DNA of 64,000 bases from NCBI GenBank assembly GCA_008632985.1, contig QPGO01000176.1:17778-81777 (forward strand), read 5' to 3'. Position 1 is the stretch's first letter; every line of letters begins with the position of its first letter. The notes beneath the pieces are model-generated. The model was not told where the DNA came from, made no database searches, and saw only the letters and a list, made by a program, of their open reading frames with translations. Below are positions 13,061-25,990 of the stretch, piece after piece. The position numbers and the translations under genes are program-made. Source of the stretch: Psammoneis japonica. Its lineage: Eukaryota.

Positions 13061-13929
13061 GACAACATCTAAAGAAAGGCACCCTTGTGCTTGGTGTCCC
13101 CACTTTAACTTTTTAAACTACACAACAAACTTGCACACCGTGCTGGTTAATGAACATTGCCTTTGGAGATCAACGCTTTAGCACTACGAACTTAAGTGGA
13201 ACTTCACACCCGCCTTCCACCGACAGCTTTGCGAGAAGGTCCCCACGCTAAGTAAATTTGACTTGGCACTCCTCTGTTGATATTTCCTTCATGAATCGTC
13301 GCGATAAATGACCCCATCCAACATGTGAACCTGTTCCGGTTCGTCCAAGTCATTCATGAGTTGTTTGGACAGCTTGTCTTCAACATTCTGAGGCGTGACA
13401 ACACCTGGATGAACCACATGAGCATTGGGATCGACTTTACACCTCTAAGCTACGCCCCGACAGGACGGGTTTCGGTTTAGTACGAACCAAAAAGAAATCA
13501 CTATCACACAGTGTATGATGTCCAGTGCACCACTCACCTCTTTGTTCTGTAAGTAATCAGAGTGGTAGACTGGTGACAAGAATTCACGATTAAAGTTGCC
13601 TTGGAATAGGTTGTCATGGTGGCAAAGACAAAATCCACATTTGGTAACAAGCTTCGTCGCCCTTGTTGAGGCAGAATCTTTTGCTCGTTTGGAGTGTCTG
13701 CATCAGTTTCGATCACTTCTTTATCGAGTTTGGTGGGGCTTAGAATCATTCCGCTCGTGTACATGGACGGAAGCAGTGGTTTTGTGTTAGTAGCATTTCC
13801 TACTGATGCCTCTGATAGAATGAGTTGAGAAAGGACGAAACCGCATCGTGCCGTGAAACTTTTTCAGTCGTCGGAGAAACAGACAGAATCGCCTTGGCCA
13901 ACCAAGGACCTGCCTGACAGTTTGATACT

Positions 13930-14110
13930 CTCTTTATCAAATGAAGCATTGAAGCATGTAGAATGCGGCAGCATGATGCGTCGACTACATCGTGTCGGTC
14001 CGGATCCGAACACTCGGAAGCGAATCCTCATCAAGAAGATCGATTACATGTCTGCGTACCGCCGAGGTCACGTCAACAGCGAATCAGCTGTCCAAGCCAC
14101 CGTATCGTAA
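13930..14110 (+). mobile_element. Reverse transcriptase fragment, DIRS/Ngaro (YR retrotransposon)-like
   Basis: RILIKKIDYMSAYRRGHVNSESAVQ resembles the K.D.KSAYRR.H RT motif; short and truncated. Confidence 0.5.
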
Positions 14111-15906
14111 CTCTGGACGACCTGGCACCATTGGCTTAACTTCTGTTGCACTGACCGAGGGAATCTCAGTATAGTCCATACGCAAGTATAGTACCACTGG
14201 CAACAACATAATATTATACACATGAAAACGGAAGCAAACAATGTCAATGTGTGAGGCAAGACGTGACCATAATAACATTATTGGACCGCGCTATTATTGC
14301 TCAAATTCAGTCCAGAACTCAGGGATCCAAAGTATAATGAAGACAAACTAACAGCAAAGGACAACAAGATCGAGACTCTTCGACACCCGCATCGTCAACA
14401 CGGCAAAAGAACAAAAATCAAACATGGATTTGCGCGTCTCATTTATTGACACTTACTCCTTTCCTGATTCCTGAAAAACACAATATATGCAACATTAGTA
14501 TCGCTGTCTCCGATAGGCTGTTACTGTATATGGTTATAGACCCTTGGAAACTGCCGAGTAACGAACGCAAAAGGAATCGAAGCACATCATTGTGCTGTTT
14601 GTTTTATATTCAGCGAGCGAGAGCACAAAGCACCGAAACAAATCAATGTTGAACAGTGAAAAGTACCACGAAATGCGGATGCTTCATTCTCCACAACCTC
14701 TGCTTCGTTCACTGCACCGGTAGGAACGGCCATGCAAGCCCATCCAAGAGCGCCATTGTCTGCCATTTCCGACTACCGCCATCACATGTTCAACTCGATG
14801 ATTCTTCCCTCCGCAAATCCGTACCTAAGCACACCACCCCTCAACCTGTGCGTCAAAAGGACTGACGTTCTTCGAAAATTTCGTCCACCGCACCATTCGC
14901 GACGCTACGTGCAATTGAGCAACTTAGTTACCGAAACTACATTCTCCCTTGAACTGATCCACCAGTACTGTACAGTTGCCCAGGTATTCAAAATAGCGTG
15001 TTTTCCCGTCATTTACACCACCCCACGGAGTCGCTTTCCGTGATTGACTCAGAATATAATAGCCGCGAATGATATTACAAATGATGCAATAATATGCGTC
15101 CCCCGTCGGTCGTCGGTCCGGTTTCTTGGTGTTGTGAGCTTAAAGAAGGGTCGTAGTGACAGGCACTCTGTATCGTTCACACAGAGAGAGAATTGGATTG
15201 GTACGACCTCGCTGCTTGCAAGCCGCAGTCTTGATGGGGATTAGGAAATTTCCGGGAAAAGATTTTTTTTTGCGATTCTCCAAAACAACGAGTTTGTGCG
15301 TCAAATCGTGAATCGGCAACACGTGAAGCCTTGTGCTGGACTCTATCATTCACAGCCGACAGAAGCACAGGGTGCAATTATGTCACTTCTCGGATCTGGA
15401 AACGGATGTTAGACTACCCTCTCTTGTTGTGCTGTGCGCTGCTACTTTGTAGAACGTTGAACCTGCACATCGTCTCATCGTCAATTTCATCACGCCCAGA
15501 GATGCGGCTCTGCCACCCGTGCTGCAAACACCACGGGAGATCTTCTTGTAACCGCACAAAACCACCTCGGCAGTATCTACGACATCCCCCGAGAGCTCGA
15601 CTCCCACTTTTCTAACATGCTGGAGATCTGAGAACCGGTAAAGCACCCAGAAGCCCAGAAGGAAACCAGCAACTTGCCAACGAAACACAGTCACTGCCTG
15701 CATACCGGTAGTGCAGGACGCACCAAGCATTTGGGACGCACAGCGCTTTCAGAGATGATGATGAGCGAGCCACGGCACCATTACATTGTTTGTACTGTAC
15801 GGAACGGTCGGAGACATTTCTACATAAAGGAGGGAAGACATTTATACACTTAAAGGAGGGAAGAAGGGTCATTGCTCTTTGTTACGTTTGCTGTCAGTTG
15901 ACACTT

Positions 15907-16246
15907 TCCTCATGGATTCTCATGGATCCTCTTCATACAAATCTACGAGCGGAACTGAGTAGGGCGGAGCAAGGTCATAATTACAAAAAGTCATTTTCAT
16001 ATACTGCGTTTGCTTCGTATAAAGTACAAGAGAAAGTCAATAAATTGAAAAAACGGTCATTTTCTCAGTCATCCACACGAGTCCTCATGGTATAAATCTA
16101 CGTACGAGAAATCAACGGTCAATGCAAAGAGTCATTCTCTAAACTCCGATTCCTTCGTACAATGTACGTGAAAAGTCATTGAAAATTTCAAAATTTCCAT
16201 GAGGATGACTGAGGATTCGTGAGGATCCCCTGAGGATCCGTGAGAA
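15907..16246. repeat. ~340-bp segment bounded by inverted repeats; possible non-autonomous element
   Basis: ttctcatggatcctc (15917-15931) matches the reverse complement of gaggatccgtgagaa (16232-16246) at 14/15. Four tgaggat motifs at 10-11 bp spacing. Confidence 0.45.
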
Positions 16247-16674
16247 AAAAAACACACGACACAAACCCGACCCCCCAGGTCGCTGTTTTGAGTTTAGCAT
16301 CCAACGCCGTCGCGATCGCTGCTTTGCTGTGGTTGTACTAGTACGTAGGCCCTAGGTGTCGTGTGACTGAACCGTCACTTCAGCTGGGATCGAAGACATG
16401 TCGAGACCGCGACGCTGTCCTAGCCGACGGACAGTGGTCCTTGCTACGACAAGAACAAGAAACCCTGCCAAATCATCGATCTCTTTGGATTGTTGAATGC
16501 TCTTTCTCTACCGGAACGCTATATCATCACGACATGCCATCGTCTTGTGGTATCGGTGACGGATGATATCGAGAGGTGCCAGTTAGTAGCTGCTGGAAGC
16601 AAGGTGAGCTTCTAAAGACAGACAACGAATCTGGAAATGGCTGTTATCTAACTGAGACACCGCTCATTGTTTTT

Positions 16675-17400
16675 ACAATTCTATGAGTTTTTGTGAAATC
16701 AATATGCAGACTGGTAAGTTGAAATGTCGAAGACTCACCTTTACGAAGGAGCAGGAGGAGGCGAAAAAAGAGGACGCTAAAGCCGCTCGACGCGTTCTTG
16801 TCTGTGTTTTGGACACGAGTTTGCGTCTGCTACACCCCTAAATGCCTTACGTGACTGAGACTTGCGGATTGACCTCGGATGGAAGCTGTAAGAACTTTCG
16901 AATGTTTTCAGGCTCTTATTCGAAGTATCCGAAACGCGAGGGCTGAGTACAACGTTAAGCCGGGGAGCGAATCAGGGCGACTGTAGTCGCGAGCGAAGAT
17001 CTGCTTTAGGATATTGAAACAGAGCTCAAATCTCTTTTTGCTCTTGCTAAGCTCGACCCGGATAAGGTAGCTGTGCATGCAGCTGGAAGTAAAGATGCCA
17101 AAGAAACGATGGAGATTGGCGAGTCTGTTAAGATCGCAGTCCAAGATGGCGTTAAAGCGAATTTGCCGCTCTCGGGATTGATTGACGCTGAGAAGGAACG
17201 CCAGTGGTTGCAAAAACAAAGCGAAAAGCTGACAATGGAGATCCAGAAGCTTACATGGAGATTGAAGTCCAGTGGATTTGTTGATAAGGCACCTGCTGCT
17301 GTAGTACAGCAAGCCAAGATTAGCTTGCAACACTGGAAGATCAATTTTCCTAAATCAAAAGCAGCCTTTTGGCACTTCCCAAGTAGAACTCTCAGATTTC
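16675..17400 (+). pseudogene. valS: Valyl-tRNA synthetase C-terminal fragment with stops and frameshifts
   Basis: YEFL*NQYADW*VEMSK, LDTSLRLLHP*MPYVTE, IRSIRNARAEYNV and LIDAEKERQWLQK...GFVDKAPAAVV. Confidence 0.85.
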
Positions 17401-17520
17401 GTCTTATCTATATATCTCTCTAGCTAGTTCAAAACTAACTTCACGTCTTCTTCCCCAGTTTTAATGATTGAGGAAGGGGTTATGGCAACTGAATACTGAA
17501 CAAGACACATTGTCAAGAAC

Positions 17521-17860
17521 AGAATAAGGCGAGCGAAGCTTACAATTGAACCGCCCATTATTACAAACTACTCTCCTTGGTAGAGGGAGTTTTAGCATTA
17601 CTTTCGAACATACACACTTAGTCGATTGCAGTTGTACGACGTCGATGGACGTTCCTATGCCAGAATTGCAAAATATGCTTTGTATTGATATTCAATATTC
17701 AGATACATCTCAACTTGACTAGAGCATAGTACTCTACAGAATAAGGCAATCAAAGGGAGCCGCCGACTATTACAAATTACTCTCCCTCGTGCTCATCGAG
17801 GGAGCATTAGTATGAGTTTCAAACATACACACATGTGCTAGATGGACGTTGCTAGAGGGC
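17521..17860. repeat. Diverged tandem duplication (~220-bp period) with a GC-rich hairpin
   Basis: agaataaggc...tattacaaa.tactctcc...gagggag...aacatacacac...gatggacgtt occurs twice; hairpin ctccctcg-N7-cgagggag in the second copy. Confidence 0.65.
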
Positions 17861-18254
17861 CCAGTAGCAACAACATCGCGACGCCTACCAACTTGCTTGC
17901 CAATACGTTAATGTTGTATGGATTACTGATTTGCTTGGGGTGTGCTGTACGTCAAACCGTGGGAGGAGAACTAGTCAGTTATGAAGACATTTACACGAGC
18001 GTGACCAGTCTAAGTCCTTATCGGGACCAATGGTGTTTATTATTCATCGGAACAAGTGTATGACATACGTACAGGATTCAGCATGTTGGTTTGGACCTAG
18101 CGCGGGAATTGGACCTTGCGTTTTTCGCTGGTCCCTGCGTGCTTGTTTGTGTCTTCTGTGCAGGTGTTGCTGTTTGAAGGCTCCATTTACCTGCTAGGTC
18201 CTTTACAAGAGGCGGCCCACGGAGAATTTAAAAAATGAGCTGTTCTTTGCCTTA

Positions 18255-20055
18255 CTTTCTCTGAAGCCTTCTTTGGCATGGTGTGGTGGAAGGGTTTTGG
18301 AGATTCCGTTCAGGTCTTCCAACTGGCTGCTTGGCCACCTCTGTGCAACTGCCATCCTTTGTTGTGGGCATTTGCACCTTTCCACTGCCTGTTCCCCCGC
18401 TCTTCAAACTGCTTTTCATTCCATGACTGTTGCTGCAGATCACCGGCATCCCAGCCCAGCTGATCAAGACGCGCGTTCTGACGTTGCATCAACGCGCAAC
18501 TTTCAATCGGCTCTCTGTGTGTCTGCTCACGATTGTCACGGTGTGCACCGTGGATTTGCCAGCTGGACAAGGTGGTTTGTCTCATGGGATCATGCTGGGT
18601 TGTCCCATCTTGGTCTTTCCGTTGCAGAATTCGCAATCGTCTGGATCCCAACATCACACCTTCGAGAATGTTCTTGAATGACGTTGTGTCGGGGATGGGT
18701 TTCATTGCAATGGTCGTTGCATCCATGACCACCATTCTCACATGGAACAACAGATGAAACAGATGCTTGAGCAGTGCGTCCCTTTCTTTTTAACTGATGG
18801 AGACTTCATTGGACTTTAACGACTTTGCCTTGACGTCTTCATTGGATGCCTTGTCCGGCACATCTTCATTCGATGCTTGTTTTGGCTCCGGTGAGGACCC
18901 GCTGGAGTCACAAAGGGGTCCTTTAGAGCCAAAAAGCGAGATTTGCCCGAGCTCTTTCGAACTTCCTTGCATGTCCTGCGACACATGCTCAACTCTCTCC
19001 AAGCTGAGCCGTTTGTGCATGGAAGCAGCTTTCTCACTGCATCGCTGCCTGCCTTTTGAGCTGGTTTTGTTCGGCCATCACAGCACTTCTTCGTCAATCT
19101 GATTTTGTTGCTCAACCATGGATCCTGTGACGAAAGGAGCAGAGAGAGCCCGTTGTTTGATCAAAGTCCGGTTCATGCTTCGTTCCTTCATTTCAGACAT
19201 TCCTTCACAACCACGCATGTAAAACAGGCTCCTTCTCCAAGCAACCATGCCAACTTGACTTCACCGCACGTGGCATCATCCCCAGTTCCCTCCGAGTCTG
19301 CTTGATCATCCACGAAAGCTCTTGGGTTTTGACGTTGACACTGTCATCACACGCCAGCAGCGACGGTTGATGACGATGATCATGTGCTCTCGTTTGTGAC
19401 CTCTTCTCGCCCATGCCATTTGATGCGCTGCTCACCATCGACACCAACAAACTCCACCATGTTGCCAGTGACATTCTGTGCGGTGACAACTGCATTCATT
19501 CATCTTTGGAGAATTCTGTTTTCAACGACACGTGCACCCGCAAAGACGTTTCGAGTGGGTCCACAATGTGACACTCTCCCATGAGACCTGGGCCCGTGTG
19601 CGGCATGCGAAGCGTGGCACTTTGGATCTTCCCAGTCATGGGTCTGCTCTAGCCATCTCTCAACAGGAAAGAGTGCAAAGTGCCCACGGGTTCTCTTTCA
19701 CACACATTGTTGAGACAACTGCTGTCGGTGTTTCCAAGTGACGGGACACTGCACCAGCACTGGTGCAAGAATGGGGATGCTGAAATGCAAGTCCATGGCT
19801 CGACCAACAGTTTTTGGATGGCAAACAGTGGCAGGTGCTGCACATTGTTGTTGTTTGTCTTGTCGCCCGAGACGACGTTGATGCGTGCTCCATGTGCTTG
19901 CAAAATCTTGTCCGCAAAAGTTCAGCACTTCTTCGTTTCTTTTCTTGGTTGATGGAGGATGAGTTCCAGGTCTCGAAACTGAAAGCCAATGTTGCAATCA
20001 CAGAACGACTTGCCCGCAATGTCATGAGCTCGATGCTGATGGTGATTGCATCTTC
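18255..20055. other. TpA-depleted domain with CpG retained; degenerate coding relic of unknown family
   Basis: TpA almost absent while CpG is frequent. Confidence 0.8.
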
Positions 20056-20492
20056 AACAATAAATCTGGCATCTGTTGTGCTCTATCGCGTTCATCTTAT
20101 CGGTTGTAGGCGTGTGTTCGCCATCATGACAAATCTAAAACATGTGTGTTACTGCAGTGTTTTTATTGTTCAAAGTCATACGCGCTCCATTTGATTAGAT
20201 GGACTGAAATTTTCCAAAGGGGGTAGGTACATCACGATTTTTTTCAGTCGGACTAATCAAATTCTATTTTATATGCTATGCGGCGGATAGGATATAAATT
20301 ATATCTTCTACGTTGCCATAAAAGAAGACTTTCATACCAATTCATTTCCGTAGATATTGATTGAGACACAGATACGAAGACGACTCTTTGTGTAGAACAC
20401 AACATCGTCAAAAAATACACCGTAGTCCTTACTACCGTAGCCCTAATCTTCTCTAATAGTAGAGGGCCATCTACTAGAGTATGGAGTAGGGC

Positions 20493-22710
20493 CTACTTGA
20501 CTGCTTGCTTCCCTTCCTTGTCAATTACTGGAAAGATTCGCATTGGATGTGCTTCCGTATTGAAGACATGCTTGTTTAAAATGTCCACGGGTGTATCTGG
20601 ATCCTGTAATAAATACAAATACTTGAGAGTCTCTGCCAAGAAGAAGGACTCCATCTTGTCTTGTGGCGGTCCGTTCACGTCTTGTACATTTTTCAACTGT
20701 CCATAGGCAATCTTGGTTTTGCAATACCGCTCGATTGCAGAAAATATTTCCCATCCCCATTCTCGGTACACTGGATCACCCGTGAGTTGATTGAGAATAA
20801 ACATGGACTCGACCGCTTCCGGTCTCAAGAGATAATGAGGAGAGCCGTGACCAATCGCAAAGTCCTCGTCGGGGTGGAACTGAACCCATTCCGCCGAAAT
20901 ACCCGTGTTCATGCGAGCGTACATTTGATAGCACGTGTAGGTAAGAGCCTTTCCAGTCTTGAGGTCGCGTTGAGCTCGGTCCGAATCAAGGCCTTCCGGG
21001 TCCGTGTAGGCTCCAAGCGCGAGCAATCCTAACCGTAAAACAAGAAAGCAAGCCATGGGATTGAAAATGAGGACCAACAATACTACCAGCATCAGACAAC
21101 ACGGGAGAAATGCGAAAAACTTACCTCCCATGAAGCAAACCAAATGGTCCATCTTGTGATCGACACGACCACTATTCTTGTCGGCAATGTAGGTGAGACC
21201 GGACGGCGATGACGTGTGAAGCAATTCATCATGCATGCCCTGGATCGCCTTGTCATACATTTTTCGGTACATTGGTTCCGTCTTTCCGCCCTGCAACCAC
21301 ACCTTGAGCATGTACTCGTAGAAACTGTCCGCCATGGCCCCAAACGTAATTTTCTGATTGGCAAAGACAGGTTTATCCTGATGGTTCTTGACATAGTAAG
21401 GAAAGAGTCCATTTTTGGGTGACACACTGTCCATGATTTCAAAAATATTGTTTGCTTTTGTGGCGTATTCTGGTTTGTTGATGGCCTTGGCAAGGTACCG
21501 AAACTCGAGTTGCAATGTCCCAAACTCGGCAAGAATAGCATTGCCTCCGGCCCAACCAATGTTGCTTTTCGCCCCCGTTACCAAGTTGATTTGTCCATAG
21601 GGAATCCCAGATGGTGAGTCGAATGCTTTAAACAATCGCTTTCCTAGATCCGACGCCTTGTCTAAAAACGCCTTGTCGCCCGACCAATCATACGCCGACA
21701 ACAATCCGCCCAAACTCCGAATTGTCGTTTCAAAGACAGAGACTCCTCGCCCCGCATGTTCGTGGCTTAATTCATCCCTAACCCAATCCCTCGCCTTGTA
21801 GAATTCGTCCTTGAGTCCCATGAGCCACAAGGTATCCAGAGCATCCACCAGGGTAGTCCCCATGCCTCCCCATCCATTGGCTCCGCCTCCACGTACCGGA
21901 TTGACTTCGTCCATACCAAAGGCGTGTTTTTCATATCCGTCCCACGCAAATTTCATTGCATTCTTGACATGACACGTCGTGACCTGGCCAGCTCGTCTGA
22001 CTTTTGCTTCATGTCGTTGGTAATGAGGTACGGCGTACCACCCGTCTTGTACTCTTCAAAGCGTTTCCCGCCCGGTGCCGTCCAATCTCGAAAACTGTAT
22101 CCCGAGGGCGGTACAATTTCGCCCAAGTATGGAAAAGGATCCGTTGGAGAAGAAGGCGTATCCGCATGGTCGGATGGTAGTTCGGCGGTTCGTGATGTTG
22201 TTGGTGTTGTTCCTCTTGATCCTTGTCGTGACGAAGCAAGTGCTCAGGTGGCTCGTGGTGTTCTTGATGCTCGTGGTTGACAAACTTATCATCGTCATAG
22301 GTATCATCACGCTCCTTATCATCGTCGGCTTTGTAATCCAAATCATCGTCTTTTTCAGCATTTCGTAACTTGTGATGCTTGTTGTTATTGACCTTGTTGT
22401 TGTTACTGTTGTTTTTGTTGTTGCTCTTGGGTAGCTTGACGTGCTCTTGCGCATTGAATCCAACGACACCCGCTGCTGCACCACGCAATAACTTTTCCTT
22501 GGCAACAATGGCTTCTACGCTACTCAACACGGAAGAATTGTGATGCTCAGTACCATCGTTAGCCGCCATGAGGACATTGGCTCCCAACACAATTCCCAAG
22601 AGAAGTGCGGTAGAAACAAGAGCCACCACCAAGCCAATAATCATTTTCTTTTGTTGTGAACCACCGTCTCCACGTGTTCCACGCCTACGTCCCAAGGCGG
22701 ATCGTGTCAT
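20493..22710 (-). CDS. MNS1: Class I alpha-1,2-mannosidase (GH47), type II membrane protein; intron 21029-21124; two apparent 1-bp deletions (~22185, ~21972)
   Basis: N-terminal TM segment; motifs AWDGYEKHAFGMDE, VFETTIRSLGGLLSAY, DSFYEYMLK, LLRPEAVES, MESFFLAETLKYLYLL and FNTEAHP. The 96-bp GT-AG intron is in frame. Confidence 0.9.
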
Positions 22711-23059
22711 GGTTGTCTTCTTTGTTGTTGCTTTTGGTGGTTAGTGTCGATATAATAGTATTGAGTATGTTGAGAGAGAGTCGCGACGGTATCCAATACC
22801 CTTTCGGCCATTTGCAATGCCAAAAAGCCAAAAGACACACCGAAACACAAGATAGAGTGAGTATCTTTTGTGATCATTTTTCTTGCTGTCTCATCAAATG
22901 AAAGAAAGATCTGGAGAAGGACTCTCTATTTTTGCAATGACTGGTAGCCACCGTAGAAGCTACGTGTGTTGTCCGTACAAGCTTCTCAGTAATGTTTGTA
23001 CGTGTCGTCTGTTCCTCCCTCCGACACGCCAATACCATTACCACGCCACTCACAACACC

Positions 23060-24757
23060 ATGGCGTCGACAACAGCCAGCGCCGTTGTCTCGACAAGAGC
23101 AGGACCTACCGATAATTCTTCATCGACCTCACCCACTCGTCGTGCAACGGCAAAAGAAAATATTACTCAAAGCTGGGCTGCTTGGCGGCAGGAACAACAA
23201 CAGAAGCAGAATCATCTTCAAGAGCCGGAAAAAGAGGATGATCCACAGACATCAATCGTCACTCAGACTATCGCGCCACCGCCGAGCAGCGTTTGTGTTC
23301 ACGTTCGCAACCTCTGGTCTCAAATGAAACAATCCATGATACAAGCTCCACCCACAGCTGCTACTACTCCTACTGCAGATGACTCTCGTGTCTTTAATAG
23401 TCTCAATCGCCATTTCGTCGCCAAGGCTATTTCGTCTCAAGTCATGCGTGATGATTACTACGATAACATCTTGATGAAGGTATTACCTCCAGGATATGAT
23501 TTAACACAAGCCATGACGTCTCTTACGCAAGATCGAAAACGCGCCTTTCTCCTATTGGATTTGGCAGCCATTTGCAAGGCACATGTCGAGCTTCGACGAC
23601 AATTCTTCTTGGGGAATCATAATCGTCATATTCAGGATCGTGTCGTGCTGGAATACAATGTCGCGTTGAATCGACACAAGACTGTATTGGATTTACTTTG
23701 TCGATTTAAAACGAGATTGCGTTGCAATTCAAATCAAGATGTAGCACAAATAATATACCAACAACAAGAACAACAAAACAGTGTCGCACTCGATGGATTG
23801 GTAGTGGACAATATGGGTGCCACGAGAAAGCCAGATGGATATTTGAAACGGATTGCTAAATTCACAAATAGCTTTGCCGTAGATGGACCCGATGAAGTCA
23901 AACGAATCCACAGCACACTACTGAACAAGCACAACAACAATGGCTACTACACTACAACGACACGGAGTGATTGTGGACGCGGATACGTTTTGCGACTGCC
24001 ACGAGACAAGCGACAGTGGGAGGACTTGATTCAATCGACCCGAGCGGCTGCTCACTCTCTCCATGCCACATTGCATGGGATTAGTCTACATTTGGAATAC
24101 TACAAGGACGACTTGAATGGATTGATATCTGTTCTACTACCAATCTGCAGGGATGATGCGGAGACGCAACAACAAGAGTTCCGTATCGATGTGACTGGTT
24201 TGTCGTCCAGTGGCGGTAGCTCCTTGACTCGACCAGTACAAGAATTCTTTCACAAACTTTTGGAACTACCTCACATTTCCCTCACGATTGATGCGAGTCA
24301 CTTGTTGGTGGCTCATGCGGGGGCCTTGTGTACTCGAATCATTGGTTTCAAGCGTAGTGGTGACGGTGGTGGTACCGACAACAAGGAGACGAGCCATAAC
24401 TACTGCAACACTGGATACACCATGCACTACTACATTGATGATGGTTGCTACGGATCTCTACAAACCAATGGATTGCCTGGACACGAGTTTAGCCCCATGC
24501 CACTCAAGACCACGACGACGACGACTAGTACTACTAGTGACGACGTGACCTTGGTCCCGTCCACCGTGTGGGGACCAACATGTGACGGCCTTGATAGGGT
24601 TTGCCGACAAGTCATGCTTCCTCCACTCAATTGTGACGACTGGCTTGTGTTTCCAAACTTGGGATGCGGCGGTTTCGGCGGTGGATTGGGGTTGGGTACG
24701 GCCTTTAATGGATTTGAGCCGCCCGACACTGCGTATTGTGTATTGGGGTACTTTTGA
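23060..24757 (+). CDS. Ornithine decarboxylase-like (fold III) protein, probably catalytically inactive
   Basis: YYIDDGCYGSL, STVWGPTCDGLD, DWLVFPNLG and AFNGF are present. The YAVKCN motif appears as YNVALN. ATG at 23060 preferred over the TTG start at 22883. Confidence 0.8.
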   Translation: MASTTASAVVSTRAGPTDNSSSTSPTRRATAKENITQSWAAWRQEQQQKQNHLQEPEKEDDPQTSIVTQTIAPPPSSVCVHVRNLWSQMKQSMIQAPPTAATTPTADDSRVFNSLNRHFVAKAISSQVMRDDYYDNILMKVLPPGYDLTQAMTSLTQDRKRAFLLLDLAAICKAHVELRRQFFLGNHNRHIQDRVVLEYNVALNRHKTVLDLLCRFKTRLRCNSNQDVAQIIYQQQEQQNSVALDGLVVDNMGATRKPDGYLKRIAKFTNSFAVDGPDEVKRIHSTLLNKHNNNGYYTTTTRSDCGRGYVLRLPRDKRQWEDLIQSTRAAAHSLHATLHGISLHLEYYKDDLNGLISVLLPICRDDAETQQQEFRIDVTGLSSSGGSSLTRPVQEFFHKLLELPHISLTIDASHLLVAHAGALCTRIIGFKRSGDGGGTDNKETSHNYCNTGYTMHYYIDDGCYGSLQTNGLPGHEFSPMPLKTTTTTTSTTSDDVTLVPSTVWGPTCDGLDRVCRQVMLPPLNCDDWLVFPNLGCGGFGGGLGLGTAFNGFEPPDTAYCVLGYF

Positions 24758-25590
24758 AAGACAAAATGTCCGTTCATCCAATCAGCTTGGGAAAGCCGTA
24801 CCGCCTGGAGGACGTGCCATGGTTGTTGCTGGACCCAACACGGTACGGTACGTTGCAAAATGAAGATGGACATGCAGTACATTACACTTGACCATTTCGA
24901 ATAGCTATTGCCCTTTCAACACATCCAAGCATGGCATGCATCGCAATAAAGCAGACCCCTCCCCCTCGGACGACTCTTATTCACATGTCAGAACAGACAA
25001 TAGCGCTTGCTATCATGTCAATCCTGGCGGTGCTGAAGTTTACGTCATTTTTCTACGTCCTTCTCGTTCCATATCATTGGTCAAGTAGCTCCTCTGCAAG
25101 TTACAGTCGAATCCATGTATTACGGTGGTGCCGCACCGTTTCCATCTTCAAACGACAATGTCACGACGAAAGCCGAGGGCATCTTGCAAGGTTCATGTCT
25201 CTGCTGGAAACCAAATTGGGCGATAACGGGTTACCGACGATGTATTAACCATTAACCGTCCCGCAAGTAGACGCCTTGCTTGTGCCTGGTGCTCTCAAAG
25301 CGACCAAACATGGTTTCGAACGACCGGACTGGGTTGAGCTACTCCATGAAATGAACGAGGCTTCGCAGATTGAGCCAAAATGTCGTTTGACAGACTGATT
25401 GACAATCTCGAAAGAATAGCACGACGGACAAGGCTTTGGAATTGGGCAAAGAGATTGTCGAAGGCGATGTTAGAATTGTCCATGCCACGTCGGTTCATGA
25501 CGAGCGTGCTGCCCGGTTTCGTGCTCTTGGACATGCCCGTACAGTAGCAGTAAAAAGCCATCCGCAGGCACAGCGTCGAGTGGGACCGTA

Positions 25591-25990
25591 ATGGATGGTG
25601 TGCCCTTGGTGTTACTGACGACCGACCGCCCCTATGAGAATCGACACACGGGAGCCAATCAAGCCTTGGATCAAGTTGAAGTAAAGGCGTTTTCGTCCAC
25701 GTATACTCAGTGGTTTCGGGATGTTCCGCCTGCACGCAACGATGTACCCGTGTCTATCACCTTGTCGGGTGCAAACCAGGCAGTGTCATCACTGGCACGT
25801 GAACTCCGAGGACCTATCATGTCAATGTGTACAGTATCGTGAAAACTTGGCACCGGTGGGCGGTCCGATTTGAAACGACGATCGAAGTGACCCCATGACG
25901 TTGTTCAACCGAGGTAGAGTTACAGATGCTCCCAGATTCTACCGATGGTTTGGTGGTGGATTCCAATAGCGGAAATCATATTCTTCATCA
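25591..25990 (+). pseudogene. menD: MenD (SEPHCHC synthase) domain fragment, probably from a PHYLLO-type gene
   Basis: GVPLVLLTTDRPYENRHTGANQALDQ...GP, then frameshifted HVNVQYRENLAP; stops downstream. Confidence 0.75.

Larger units (their letters stand above)
7040..13140. other. TpA-depleted domain (degenerate repeats plus a gene fragment)
   Basis: TpA nearly absent; CpG also scarce until ~12450. Confidence 0.85.

Noticed and set aside
17775..17815. Hairpin as a Helitron 3' end
   Set aside because: No clear CTRR terminus or matching 5' end; kept only as a repeat.
21029..21124. Hydrophobic insertion in the GH47 catalytic domain
   Set aside because: It is a 96-bp in-frame GT-AG intron.
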